64,000 bases of DNA, from NCBI GenBank assembly GCA_035547315.1, contig DASZVH010000004.1:76108-140107 (forward strand), given 5' to 3'. Shown here one piece after another: positions 46,986-56,471 of the stretch (the stretch's first letter is position 1; each line of letters begins with the position of its first letter). The translations under genes were made by a program, and so were the position numbers. The notes beneath the pieces are model-generated. The model did no database searches, was not told the origin of the DNA, and saw only the letters and a program-made list of their open reading frames with translations. The DNA is from Minisyncoccota bacterium (lineage in GTDB: Bacteria; Patescibacteriota; Minisyncoccia; Phycocordibacterales; Phycocordibacteraceae).

Positions 46986-48062
46986 CTATTCGGTGAACAC
47001 AATGTTGACGAAGGCGCCAATCGAGCCTACCCAGAGCAGATACTTGGGAAAGCAGCGAATAAGTTCCGCCGTGCTCAAGAGCACGTTGCCGCGCGGAAGA
47101 TCGTATTCCCGCTCGGCATACTGCGAATCGCTGATCATCCAGTAGTAGGAGCGGTCATAGCGAACGAAGCCGCATACCACTTGGTTATGCTGGCCGTGCA
47201 TGCGACGCTGCGCATACAGGACGACATTTACCATATAGCCGTTGCAGATCGCCTCCGCCAAGTTGCTCTCGAACTTCGAGAGCGTCCATAAGCGCCATGG
47301 AGCATTGATGCCGTACTTCTGGAGGAAGCTGGTGACTTGCGACGGCAGGGCGTGCTTGAAGTACTTTCCTTGACCGGGATCCTTTTTGAAGGCACCGACG
47401 ATGCTCCTGGCAGCGATCTGCGCGCAGTAGAAACCAGGCTCAAAGTCCGTGATGTAGACGGGCTTCCGAACGCTGGCCACTACTTCGTCCGGCCTCGACT
47501 GCTCGAACGGTTTTGCCGCATCGATCAATTCCTGTTCGCCTGCACGGATGGTACGGACGCGCAGGAGGAAGCGGTGATCAAGCGACCAGCGTTTCTTTGT
47601 CGCCGGGACGCCATAGACCCACTGCTCGCGTTTGTTGCTTGCGGGCAATCGAACGCTCTGGAGAGCGTAGCCGTAGTCAGCATAGGTCAGTGCGGTCAGC
47701 ACTTCACCGAGCTTGTCGGAGTCGTTGTCCAGACAGAGCCGCAAGAGTGCTTCAATGTCGCAAACATCGAATACTTTGCCGCGAGGCAAGTATTTCTTGC
47801 TTGCGGGATATAGGCACCGCGAACCCCTGAGATCTCCCATGAATGGAGGCTCGGTACAACCAAGCTCGCGAGCTGTGAGGATCGCGCACTCAATCGTGCC
47901 AGCCAGTGCCGTTTCGTCGGAAGCACGGTAGTATTTCTTCAGGAAGGCGCGGCCGAGGCTATCAACGCGATAGCCAACAGCACGTAGCTCTTGGGGGAGC
48001 GACTGCGCCAAGCCGCGTTGCCAAGGCAGTAGTGAGATATTGAACGTGGCAATGGTCGCCAT
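46986..48062 (-). CDS. Hypothetical protein with C-terminal C39/papain-like domain
   Basis: FYCAQIAA (Cys), HNQVVCG (His), WMISDS (Asp); SD AAGGAG; TTGACA-17-TATCTT promoter at 48158-48130; lower GC. Confidence 0.6.
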   Translation of the reverse strand: MATIATFNISLLPWQRGLAQSLPQELRAVGYRVDSLGRAFLKKYYRASDETALAGTIECAILTARELGCTEPPFMGDLRGSRCLYPASKKYLPRGKVFDVCDIEALLRLCLDNDSDKLGEVLTALTYADYGYALQSVRLPASNKREQWVYGVPATKKRWSLDHRFLLRVRTIRAGEQELIDAAKPFEQSRPDEVVASVRKPVYITDFEPGFYCAQIAARSIVGAFKKDPGQGKYFKHALPSQVTSFLQKYGINAPWRLWTLSKFESNLAEAICNGYMVNVVLYAQRRMHGQHNQVVCGFVRYDRSYYWMISDSQYAEREYDLPRGNVLLSTAELIRCFPKYLLWVGSIGAFVNIVFTE

Positions 48063-48607
48063 CGCTCTCTCCTTTCTTCAGTTTCTGCTCTTACAAAGAG
48101 CGGTTGCGGGACGATTCCCCCTAGCGACAAAGATAACAGTAATCTGCACCCGTGTCAAGAGCAGATGTGTTCTGAGCTTTTAGGCATTCGTTGGCATTTT
48201 GCAACATGCAACATACCCTCTTTTGGCGTTGCATTCTATATCATTTTGAGCGCTTTCCGAACGCAAACCGAACACTCGAAACGGCTCTTTTCGTGTTCGG
48301 TTTGTTCGCTTTTGCAGTCCGCAACCGCGAGGCTCGCGCCAGCGACTCGTGAGACACGCTCAAAACGCCGAAATACCTTGCAACTGCTTGCTGGAATGCC
48401 GAAAACGAGACAGTTTCCAATATGGCCTACCTGTGTCTCATTTGTCTCATCTTGTACCCGACCGCGAGGCCTCGATTGGGCCTAGCGACTACTCGCCAAA
48501 CGGCCCTTGTGGTGCCTCGCTTGGGGTAGTCCGCAACTGCGAGGGGGCACCCGTTATCGAGGCGTCTTCATCGAAACAATAGGGGAAATATGGCGTACTA
48601 AGGGCAT

Positions 48608-48970
48608 ATGGCATCGACCAAGCAGGTGCTTGCGGCGGGAGCGGCGGCCGCAGTAATGGCTGCGGGCGGGGCGGCAGGGATACCCGCCCCGGCCGCAGCG
48701 GCCGGGGCGGGCGCCCTCGAGCCGCCCGTCGGGAGCGTCTTCTCGGGCACTATAGAGATCGCCTCGACCCAAGGACTCCTGGTCGGCCGCAAGCAGAAGA
48801 AGGGCGGCGGACAGCTTATCGCGGTAGATACCGACGCCTCGACGGTGGTCTCCAAAGGCGGCCTCGAGCGGTCGGTAGAGGATCTTGCAAGCGGCGCGGA
48901 GGTCATCGTCTCAGGCGCAAAGCAGGAGGACGGCAGCATCTTGGCCTCCAAGATCATCATCAGAAATTAA
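48608..48970 (+). CDS. Exported DUF5666-like OB-fold protein
   Basis: VDTDASTVV..SVEDLASGAEVIVSG..DGSILASKI. Confidence 0.6.
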   Translation: MASTKQVLAAGAAAAVMAAGGAAGIPAPAAAAGAGALEPPVGSVFSGTIEIASTQGLLVGRKQKKGGGQLIAVDTDASTVVSKGGLERSVEDLASGAEVIVSGAKQEDGSILASKIIIRN

Positions 48971-49044
48971 TGCCTGCGCCGCCTCGCGCGGCTTCCCGGC
49001 CGAGCGGAGTGCTGGGGATGACTTTGTATGCTACAATCGGCGGT

Positions 49045-49284
49045 ATGAAACCCGTCACGATCTACAGCACCCCGACCTGCCACTTCTGCGGCATGACCAA
49101 GGAGTATTTGAAGGCCAACAACGTCGCCTACACCGAGTTCGACGTCGCGCACGACGCCGCCAAGCGCCAGGAGATGATCCAGAAGTCGGGCCAGATGGGC
49201 GTACCGGTGATTCTCATCGGAGAGGAGCTTATCGTGGGCTTTGACAAGCCCAGGATCCAGGGCGCGCTCGGCCTGCCGGCCTGA
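49045..49284 (+). CDS. Glutaredoxin (NrdH/YruB-like)
   Basis: IYSTPTCHFC, SGQMGVPV, IVGFD. Confidence 0.92.
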   Translation: MKPVTIYSTPTCHFCGMTKEYLKANNVAYTEFDVAHDAAKRQEMIQKSGQMGVPVILIGEELIVGFDKPRIQGALGLPA

Positions 49285-49290
49285 TCCTGA

Positions 49291-49362
49291 GCCCCTATAG
49301 TTCAATGGATAGAACGGCTCACTCCTAACGAGCTGATCCCTGTTCGACTCAGGGTAGGGGCA
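49291..49362 (+). tRNA. tRNA-Arg (CCU)
   Basis: Acceptor GCCCCTA/TAGGGGC-A; loop CT-CCT-AA; T-arm CCCTG-TTCGACT-CAGGG. Confidence 0.9.
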
Positions 49363-49392
49363 CCGCAAACGGCGCGGTATAATCGGGACTAT

Positions 49393-49815
49393 ATGAACTC
49401 ACTTGCACGATTCTTTTACCAGCGCGACTTGGGGCTCCTGCTCTTGCGGGTCTCGACCGGCCTTATATTCCTCCTCCACGGGTGGATGAAGGTCAACGAC
49501 CTCGCGATGACCGCGGGCATGTTCGCGCATATGGGCTTCCCGCTGTGGGTCGGCTATTTCATCGCCTGGCTCGAAGTGATCGGCGGCCTCGCGCTCATCC
49601 TCGGGGTGGCGACGCGCTTCTTCGGCGTCGTCTTCGGGATCGAGATGCTGGTGGCGACCTTCATCGTCGGCTTCTCCCGCGGGCTCGGGCTCGAGTTCTA
49701 TCTCGCCGCGGTCTCCTTCGCTATCGCGCTCGCGGGCAGCGGCCGTTTCTCGATCTATCCGCTCGAGTGCCGGGCGTGCGGGGCGCTCGTCTGCGAGCTC
49801 CACGAGCGCCATTGA
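49393..49815 (+). CDS. DoxX family protein
   Basis: DLGLLLLRV..FLLHGWMK..LEVIGGLALILG..GSGRFS. Confidence 0.9.
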   Translation: MNSLARFFYQRDLGLLLLRVSTGLIFLLHGWMKVNDLAMTAGMFAHMGFPLWVGYFIAWLEVIGGLALILGVATRFFGVVFGIEMLVATFIVGFSRGLGLEFYLAAVSFAIALAGSGRFSIYPLECRACGALVCELHERH

Positions 49816-49854
49816 CGCCGCGGCGTCGCGGGCATATACTTAGAGAATCTAACT

Positions 49855-51396
49855 ATGTCTTCGCGCCTGCTCGCTCTCGCCCGTTTGCTCGCCCGGCCCG
49901 CCATCGCGGTAGGCGGCTCGCTCGCGCTCGCGCTCGCGCTCGCCGGCGGCGCCTGGTATCTCGCGAGCGAGAAGCCCTCCGGCGCCTACGCCGCGGCGCT
50001 CATGGCTCCGCTCGCGGAGGAGGTCCGCGCCTCCGGCCCGGTCGAGAGCGCGCAATCGACCGATCTCTCCTTCCAGATTCCGGGGCAGGTCGCCGCGATC
50101 AACGTCGCGGTGGGCCAGCACGTCGCGGCCGGACAGGTCCTTGTCGCGCTTTCAGGCGGCAGCGCCGCGGCGGCGGTCGAGAGCGCCAAGGCCAATCTCG
50201 CGAGCGCGCAGGCCAATCTCTCCGCGCTCCAGGCGGGTACCCGCCCCGAGCAGCTCGCGATCGAGCAGAACGCGGTCGCCCAGGACCAGGACGCGCTGCG
50301 CGACGCGATCCGCTCGGCATACGTCGCGGCCGACACCGCGCTCCACGCCGATATCGACCCGCTCTTCACCAATCCGCGCACGCCCAATCCGCAGTTCTCC
50401 CTCACGGTGCCCGACTCGACCCTGGTCAACGAGATTAATCGCGAGCGCTCCACGCTCGAGCCGCTCCTCACCGACTGGGGCGCCTCCGTCTCGAGCGCGG
50501 ACTTCGCCACCGCGGAGCCGGCGGCGCTTGGGCAGAGCTCTTCCGCGGATCTCGCGAGCCTGACGAGCTTCGCCGACGACGTGGCGCGGGCGCTCGCGGA
50601 GACCCAGCCCTCCGCCGCGCTCTCGGCAGGAGCGCTCGCGAGCTACCAGAACCAGGTCGCCGCCGCCCGCACGGCGCTCTCCGGCGCGGCCTCCTCGCTC
50701 ACCGGCGCCACCGCCGCGCTCATCGCGGCCGAGGGCGCGCTCGCGCTCGGGCAGGCCGGCGCGACGCCGCAGCAGATCGCGCAGGGGGAGGCGCAGGTCG
50801 GGGCCGCGCAGGCCGCGCTCGACGCCGCTACGGTCGCGCAGGGGGAGACCGCGCTCGTCGCGCCGATCGCGGGCGTGATCACCGTGCAGAACGCAAACCC
50901 GGGCGAGACGGTGGCGCCGGGCGTGCCGCTGGTCTCGATCGAGAGCGACGCCGCCTTCGAGGCCAAGGTGCCGGTCTCCGAGGCCGACATCGCCAAGATC
51001 AAGCCCGGCGAGGCGGTCGAGGCCACTTTCGACGCCTACCCCGGCGTCGTTTTCCCGGCGACGGTGACGGCGGTCGACCCGGCCGCGACCTTCTCGGGCG
51101 GGATCGCGAGCTATCAGGTCACCGCCACCTTCTCGCAGGACGACCCGCGCATCGCCTCGGGCCTCACGGCGCATCTTTCCATACTCACCGACGAGATCCC
51201 GAGCGCGCTCGTGATCCCGGCGAGCGCCGTCATCACCGAGAGCGGCGGGCAGGAGTTCGTCTACGTCAAGGGCGGCCCGGGCCCGGGCACCAAGACGCCG
51301 GTCACCACCGGCCTGCGCGGCGCGGACGGCATGGTGCAGGTCCTTTCCGGCCTCTCGGCGGGCGCGCAGGTGCTCACCTTCGGCTCCGCCGGCTAG
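49855..51396 (+). CDS. Efflux periplasmic adaptor/HlyD-family protein with long coiled coil
   Basis: LSFQIPGQVAAINV..G..V, LVAPIAGVIT, VSEADI, DAYP, LVIPASAV. Confidence 0.85.
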   Translation: MSSRLLALARLLARPAIAVGGSLALALALAGGAWYLASEKPSGAYAAALMAPLAEEVRASGPVESAQSTDLSFQIPGQVAAINVAVGQHVAAGQVLVALSGGSAAAAVESAKANLASAQANLSALQAGTRPEQLAIEQNAVAQDQDALRDAIRSAYVAADTALHADIDPLFTNPRTPNPQFSLTVPDSTLVNEINRERSTLEPLLTDWGASVSSADFATAEPAALGQSSSADLASLTSFADDVARALAETQPSAALSAGALASYQNQVAAARTALSGAASSLTGATAALIAAEGALALGQAGATPQQIAQGEAQVGAAQAALDAATVAQGETALVAPIAGVITVQNANPGETVAPGVPLVSIESDAAFEAKVPVSEADIAKIKPGEAVEATFDAYPGVVFPATVTAVDPAATFSGGIASYQVTATFSQDDPRIASGLTAHLSILTDEIPSALVIPASAVITESGGQEFVYVKGGPGPGTKTPVTTGLRGADGMVQVLSGLSAGAQVLTFGSAG

Positions 51397-51406
51397 CCGC
51401 ATCCGT

Positions 51407-52027
51407 ATGGACTCCGCACTACGCAAGAATCTTCTCATCTTCGGCGGGGCCGGGGTCGTGATCCTCATACTCGGCGTCGTCGCGGCGTATCTCATCCTCA
51501 CGGGCGGCAGCGTCTCGATCGACAACGCCTCTATCGAGGCGCCGCTCATCAACCTCGCGCCGACCTCCGCCGGCCGCTTGAACGCCGTCTACGTCAACGA
51601 GGGAGACGCGGTCGCCGCCGACGAGCCCCTCTTTACCGTGGGGACCGAGGTGGTCACCGCCAAGGTCGCGGGCATCGTCGTCAGCGTGGAGGACACCGTC
51701 GGGGCGAACATCGCGCCGGGCACGCCGGTTGTGAGCGAGGTCGACCCGACCCAGCTGCGCGTGGTGGGCGAGCTCGACGAGAACAAGGGCCTCGCGCGGA
51801 TCGCGGTCGGCGACCCGGTCCGCTTCACCGTCGACGCCTTCGGCGGCAAGACCTTCGCGGGCGTCGTGGACGAGGTCGCGCCCACCGCCAACTCCTCGGG
51901 CGTCGTTTTCAATATTTCGGACCAGCGCGAGGAGCAGAGCTTCGACATCAAGGCGCGCTTCGACACGAGCGCGTATCGCGAGCTCAAGAACGGCATGAGC
52001 GCGCGGATGACGGTGTATACCGAGTAG
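51407..52027 (+). CDS. Short EmrA/HlyD-like adaptor (no helical hairpin)
   Basis: SIDNASI, GRL..VYVNEGD, FTVDAFGG, LKNGMSA. Confidence 0.8.
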   Translation: MDSALRKNLLIFGGAGVVILILGVVAAYLILTGGSVSIDNASIEAPLINLAPTSAGRLNAVYVNEGDAVAADEPLFTVGTEVVTAKVAGIVVSVEDTVGANIAPGTPVVSEVDPTQLRVVGELDENKGLARIAVGDPVRFTVDAFGGKTFAGVVDEVAPTANSSGVVFNISDQREEQSFDIKARFDTSAYRELKNGMSARMTVYTE

Positions 52028-52031
52028 CCGC

Positions 52032-53531
52032 ATGAGCGAACGCGCCGGCCGCCCCTGGCTCGTCCTCCTCACCGTGATGGTGGGGACGCTGCTGATCGGG
52101 CTCGACCGCACCGTGGTCAACCTCGCGGTGCCCAAGATCATTGGCGCCTTCGGCATCTCGGTCTCCACCGCGGCCTGGATCGCGACCGCCTACATCATCA
52201 CCAACGCCGTCTTCGTTCCCGTCTTCGGCAAGCTCGGCGACCTCTACGGCAACCGCGTCATCTATGTCTGGAGCTTTATCGGCTTCATCGCGATGTCGGT
52301 GCTGACCGGGCTCGCGTGGAGCTTCGGCCCGCTGGTCATATTCCGCGCGCTGCAGGGGCTCGTGGGCGCCGCGATCTATCCGACCGCGATGTCCTTGATC
52401 GCCAAATCATTCGTCGAGCCCAAGGCGCGCGCGCAGGCGCTCGGCATCTGGTCCTCCTCCTTCGCCGTCTCGGCGATCATCGGCCCCTTGCTGGGCGGCT
52501 ATCTCATCGACCACTTCTCCTGGCGCATGATCTTTTACATCAACCTCCCCATCGGCGTCCTCGGGCTCGTGATGACGCTCCTCTGGCTCCCGCACGACGC
52601 GCCGACCGAGCGCGGGCGCTTCGACTGGTTCGGCTCGCTCCTCTTGGCCGGAGCCATCACCGCGATGGTGCTGGTGCTCGACCAGGGGCAGAGCTGGGGC
52701 TGGGCCTCGGCGGCGAGCCTCGCCTGCTACGGCGCGACCGCGCTCTTCGGCGGGCTCACCTGGCTCTGGGAGACGCGGCACACGCACCCGATCATTGACT
52801 TCAAGCTCTTCAAGAATCCGACCATAGTCTCGGTCTTGGCGGTCTCGTTCATCTCCTTCGGCGGGATGATGGGCGCGATGTTCCTCCTCCCCGTCTTCAC
52901 CCAGACTTTCCTCGGCTACGACGCCATCAAGACGGGGCTTCTTTTCGTCCCCATGGGGCTCACGCTGCCGATCTTCGCTCCGCTCGGCGGCTGGCTCGCC
53001 GCAAAGCTCCACCCGCGCTACACCGTCTCCTTCGGCATGGCGGTGGCGGCGCTCTCCTTCTACCTCCTGCGCAATCTCGACCCGGCGATGAGCTACGGCG
53101 ACTTCGTCCTGCCGCTCGTGCTCTTCGGGGCGGGCTTGGGGCTGGGCATGGCCCCCCTGACCAACGCCTCGACGACCGCGGTGCCGGTCCATGAGGTCGG
53201 CATGTCCTCGGGGCTCCTCAACCTCGTGCGCAATATCGGCGGCGCCTTCGGCATCGCCATTTTCGGCACGATCCTCACCAACGCGACCAATGCCAACGTG
53301 CTCATGGTCGCGCAGCACTCGGTGATCCGCAGCACCCTCCCGCAGATTATCGCGCAGGGCACGACGCTGATAATCCTCAAAGCCGACCTCCTCGCCTACG
53401 GCACCGTCTTCGAGTTCGCGGCGCTCGCGATGCTCGCGGGATCTCTCCTCGCGCTCCTCCTCCTGCGCGCCTCCAGCGACGCCTCGCACCTCTCGGCCGA
53501 GGCGCGCGCCGCAGCCGCAGCCGGCGGCTAA
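52032..53531 (+). CDS. DHA2 (EmrB/QacA) MFS efflux transporter
   Basis: LDRTVVNLAVP, WIATAY, GKLGDLYG, GPLLGG, WRMIFYINLPIG. Confidence 0.93.
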   Translation: MSERAGRPWLVLLTVMVGTLLIGLDRTVVNLAVPKIIGAFGISVSTAAWIATAYIITNAVFVPVFGKLGDLYGNRVIYVWSFIGFIAMSVLTGLAWSFGPLVIFRALQGLVGAAIYPTAMSLIAKSFVEPKARAQALGIWSSSFAVSAIIGPLLGGYLIDHFSWRMIFYINLPIGVLGLVMTLLWLPHDAPTERGRFDWFGSLLLAGAITAMVLVLDQGQSWGWASAASLACYGATALFGGLTWLWETRHTHPIIDFKLFKNPTIVSVLAVSFISFGGMMGAMFLLPVFTQTFLGYDAIKTGLLFVPMGLTLPIFAPLGGWLAAKLHPRYTVSFGMAVAALSFYLLRNLDPAMSYGDFVLPLVLFGAGLGLGMAPLTNASTTAVPVHEVGMSSGLLNLVRNIGGAFGIAIFGTILTNATNANVLMVAQHSVIRSTLPQIIAQGTTLIILKADLLAYGTVFEFAALAMLAGSLLALLLLRASSDASHLSAEARAAAAAGG

Positions 53532-53533
53532 TC

Positions 53534-53974
53534 ATGAAAACGCACAAGCACCGCAAAGCGGAGGTCGCGCGCGCCGCCACGATCTTCTTCCGCGTGCGCT
53601 CGTTGGTGCGTCACAAGCTCGCGGGCGGCGCGCGCCTCGACCCGTACGCGTGGCTGCGGATCGAGACCTTGGCCTATATCGGGGAGCACAACCCCACCAT
53701 GAGTGAGATCGCAGAGTATCTCGCGATCACCGCGCCCTCGGCGACCTCGCTTATCGCCTCGCTCGCGCGCGCCGGGCTCGTCGCGCGCGCCACGAGCAAG
53801 GAGGATCGCCGCGTGCTCCGAATCTCGCTCACCGCAAAAGGCAAGGCGACCTTGAAGGCTGCCTTTGCTCGTGGCGCGCGCATCTTTAGCGGCGTCTTCG
53901 CGCCGCTCTCCGCTCCCGAGCTCGCCGCTTTTTCGCGCCTGCTCGCCAAGCTCGAGCGGGGGAGCAGGGACTAG
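53534..53974 (+). CDS. MarR family regulator
   Basis: TMSEIAEYLAITAPSATSLI..GLV.R..DRR..LTAKG. Confidence 0.9.
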   Translation: MKTHKHRKAEVARAATIFFRVRSLVRHKLAGGARLDPYAWLRIETLAYIGEHNPTMSEIAEYLAITAPSATSLIASLARAGLVARATSKEDRRVLRISLTAKGKATLKAAFARGARIFSGVFAPLSAPELAAFSRLLAKLERGSRD

Positions 53975-53975
53975 G

Positions 53976-54048
53976 TGCTTGGAGTCGGGCTCGAACCGAC
54001 GACCCCTTCCTCTTCAGGGAAGTGCTCTACCAACTGAGCTATCCAAGC
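53976..54048 (-). tRNA. tRNA-Phe (GAA)
   Basis: Acceptor GCTTGGA/TCCAAGC-A; anticodon stem CTTCC/GGAAG with loop CT-GAA-GA. Confidence 0.93.
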
Positions 54049-54103
54049 GTCTCGAGGAGTTTACCAAATCCGGCCCGTTTTTGCAGCTATACTATCTAAC
54101 GAC

Positions 54104-55189
54104 ATGTTCCGCAGGCTCTTTGCGTGGATGAACAAATACGAGCGGCACTTGAGCGCCGTGGCGATGGTGGGCGGCTTCATCATCGACCAGCTCTTCTTCG
54201 GGCGCATCGACCTCGCGCGCACGGAGGCCGTCTTCCTCGCGTATGTCGCCATCTGCGTCGTCGCGATCGCGTGGCTCCACCGCATCGAGGAGCGCGCGGA
54301 GGCGGGGAAGCCTCGCCCGCGCTGGCGGCCGGTACTGCCCCTCGCCACCCAATTCGCGCTCGGCGGCTTCTGGAGCGGCTTCGTCTTCTTCTACGGCCGC
54401 GCGGGGGTGATCGCGGCCTCCTGGCCGTATCTCGCGCTCCTCATGTTCATCCTCATCTTCAACGAGGTGCTGAAGAAGTACCATGACCGGCTCGTCTTCA
54501 CCAACGTGCTCTTCTTCTTTGCGCTCTTCTCTTACGCCATTTTCGCGGTGCCGCTCGCGACCGGCACGATCGGCGTGGGCGACTTCATCCTCTCGGGAGC
54601 GGTCGCGCTCGGCTTCTTCGCCCTTTTCGAGCTCCTGCTCTACTATCTCGGCCGGCGGCGCTACCGTTCGGGCGCGCGCGCGATCGCGGCAGGCTCGCTC
54701 GCTACCTACGCGCTCATCAACCTTTTCTACTTCACCGGCGTCCTGCCGCCCCTGCCGCTCTCGCTCAAGAGCGGCGGCATCTACCACTCGGTCGTGCACC
54801 AGGCGCCGAGCTACACCGCGCTCGCGGAGCCCGAGCGCTGGGAGGTCCGGCTCGGCCTCGCGGAGCCCGTGCTGCATCTGCCGCTCGGCACGCCGCTCTA
54901 CGCGTTCTCGGCGGTCTTCGCGCCGGTGGCGCTCGCGACCACGATCACGCACCGCTGGGAGTGGTACGACCCTGAGCGCGGCGCGTGGGTCACCGAGGCG
55001 GCGGTGGCATACCCGATCGAGGGCGGGCGCGACGGCGGCTACCTCGGCTACTCGGCCAAAAGCATCGGCCAGGCGGGAAAGTGGCGCGTGCGCATCGAGA
55101 CCATCGACGGCCGGGTGATCGGAGAGCTCGACTTCATCGCGGCCGCCGCCACGACGAGTCCGCCCTTGACCATGAAAACGCTCGATTAG
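54104..55189 (+). CDS. Membrane protein with C-terminal DUF2914-like domain
   Basis: QFALGG, PPLPLSLK, AFSAVFAP, ITHRW, GGRDGGY.GYS.K, GKWRV. Confidence 0.8.
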   Translation: MFRRLFAWMNKYERHLSAVAMVGGFIIDQLFFGRIDLARTEAVFLAYVAICVVAIAWLHRIEERAEAGKPRPRWRPVLPLATQFALGGFWSGFVFFYGRAGVIAASWPYLALLMFILIFNEVLKKYHDRLVFTNVLFFFALFSYAIFAVPLATGTIGVGDFILSGAVALGFFALFELLLYYLGRRRYRSGARAIAAGSLATYALINLFYFTGVLPPLPLSLKSGGIYHSVVHQAPSYTALAEPERWEVRLGLAEPVLHLPLGTPLYAFSAVFAPVALATTITHRWEWYDPERGAWVTEAAVAYPIEGGRDGGYLGYSAKSIGQAGKWRVRIETIDGRVIGELDFIAAAATTSPPLTMKTLD

Positions 55190-55686
55190 CTCGCTTTGAC
55201 GCGGAGCCTCGTCTGGCGGGCTTTGTCGAGCTTAGGCAGGATGATCGTGAGGAGGCCGTCTTTGGCGGAGGCGGAGGAGCTGTCGACGTCCACCTCCTGC
55301 GGCAGGAGGATCGTGCGGGCGAAGGCGCCCCAGAAGAGCTCGCGCGTGAAGGTGTCGCCCGCGGTCACGTTCTCGCGCTCCATGCGCGAGCCCTCGATCG
55401 CGACCATGTCGCGGCTGATGGAGATATTGAGCTCGTCGGGGCGCACTCCCGCGACGAAGGCGCGGATGATGATCTCGGAGGGCGTCTGATAGACGTCCAC
55501 GGGCAGCTCTCCCGCGGAGGGGTCGCGGCGCTCCGCCCCCGCCGCACGCGCGGCGGGGGCGGGGGCCGCCGCCGGCCGGCCGGCCTCGCGCACCGGCAAG
55601 GGCTCGTCGTCGAACTCGGCGTCGTCGAGCGAGCTGGCGCCCGATATCCGGTCGAAGAGGGAGCGTTTCTTGGGGAGTAGTGCCAT
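55186..55686 (-). CDS. Hsp20/alpha-crystallin small heat-shock protein
   Basis: LPVDVYQT, ELFWGAFARTILLP, KDGLLTIILPK. Confidence 0.92.
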   Translation of the reverse strand: MALLPKKRSLFDRISGASSLDDAEFDDEPLPVREAGRPAAAPAPAARAAGAERRDPSAGELPVDVYQTPSEIIIRAFVAGVRPDELNISISRDMVAIEGSRMERENVTAGDTFTRELFWGAFARTILLPQEVDVDSSSASAKDGLLTIILPKLDKARQTRLRVKAS

Positions 55687-55720
55687 GGAAGGTGGGAGAT
55701 TGGGAGTGATAAGGGGTAGA

Positions 55721-56434
55721 TCAGGCCGCGCTGCGATATTGGAAATATTTTAGCACCTCGAAGAGGGCGAAGAACACGACCGCCGCGCTCCAAACGAGGA
55801 AGAAGGCGGAGAGCGCCGCGGAGCCGCCTCCAGAGATGATAAGCGCGTTGAAGGCGGCATGCAATCCGACCGCGAGGATAAGTCCGGCGGCGGCGTAGAC
55901 GATGCGCGCCAGAGGCGACTTCTTCCAGGAGAAGGCGAGCGCGAAGCCGATCGAGGCGGAGGCGACCACGTGGAGCAGGGTCGAGCCGACGAAGCGCAGG
56001 TTGTCGGTCTCGAAGCCCAAGAGGAATTGGCCGGAGGAGAGCGGAGCGAGCAGGAAGAGCGCGTTCTCGCAGGCGGCGAAGCCCAGAGCGACCGTAATCA
56101 GGTAGATGACGTAATCGGGCGCCTCGTCGACAGCGCTGCGCCAGAGGATAAAGAGGGCGCCGGCGAGATACTTGAGCGTCTCTTCGGCGATGGCCCAGGA
56201 GACCAGCACGGGGAGCGAGGTCGCCGCGAGGCCCAAGAGCGCGAGCCGGCTCCGCGCGGCCTCCTCAAGCGGGATCGCGAGCGGGACCGCGAGGGCGCCC
56301 GCGAAGAAGGCGAGCGCGATCAGGGATTTGGGCTCCGGGTGCTCGGCATCCTCCTTGAGCAGGAAATAGAGCCAGATCAGGGCCGGCACTATCCCCCCGA
56401 GCACCGCATATCCGATTGTCTCGAACGAGGGCAT
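55721..56434 (-). CDS. PrsW-family intramembrane metalloprotease
   Basis: HPEP, AEETLK, ALGFAACEN, LLH, LHAAFN. Confidence 0.9.
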   Translation of the reverse strand: MPSFETIGYAVLGGIVPALIWLYFLLKEDAEHPEPKSLIALAFFAGALAVPLAIPLEEAARSRLALLGLAATSLPVLVSWAIAEETLKYLAGALFILWRSAVDEAPDYVIYLITVALGFAACENALFLLAPLSSGQFLLGFETDNLRFVGSTLLHVVASASIGFALAFSWKKSPLARIVYAAAGLILAVGLHAAFNALIISGGGSAALSAFFLVWSAAVVFFALFEVLKYFQYRSAA

Positions 56435-56471
56435 TACCCCCTCATTCTAGCAGGTGGTTTATACTGAAACG

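Noticed and set aside
48259-48273. GAAC-N7-GAAC alphaproteobacterial LexA-box match
   Set aside because: A single short match that is part of a larger inverted repeat, with no lexA or SOS context visible
48165-48582. Short ORFs in the AT-rich spacer
   Set aside because: No protein-like composition; the region holds promoters and repeats
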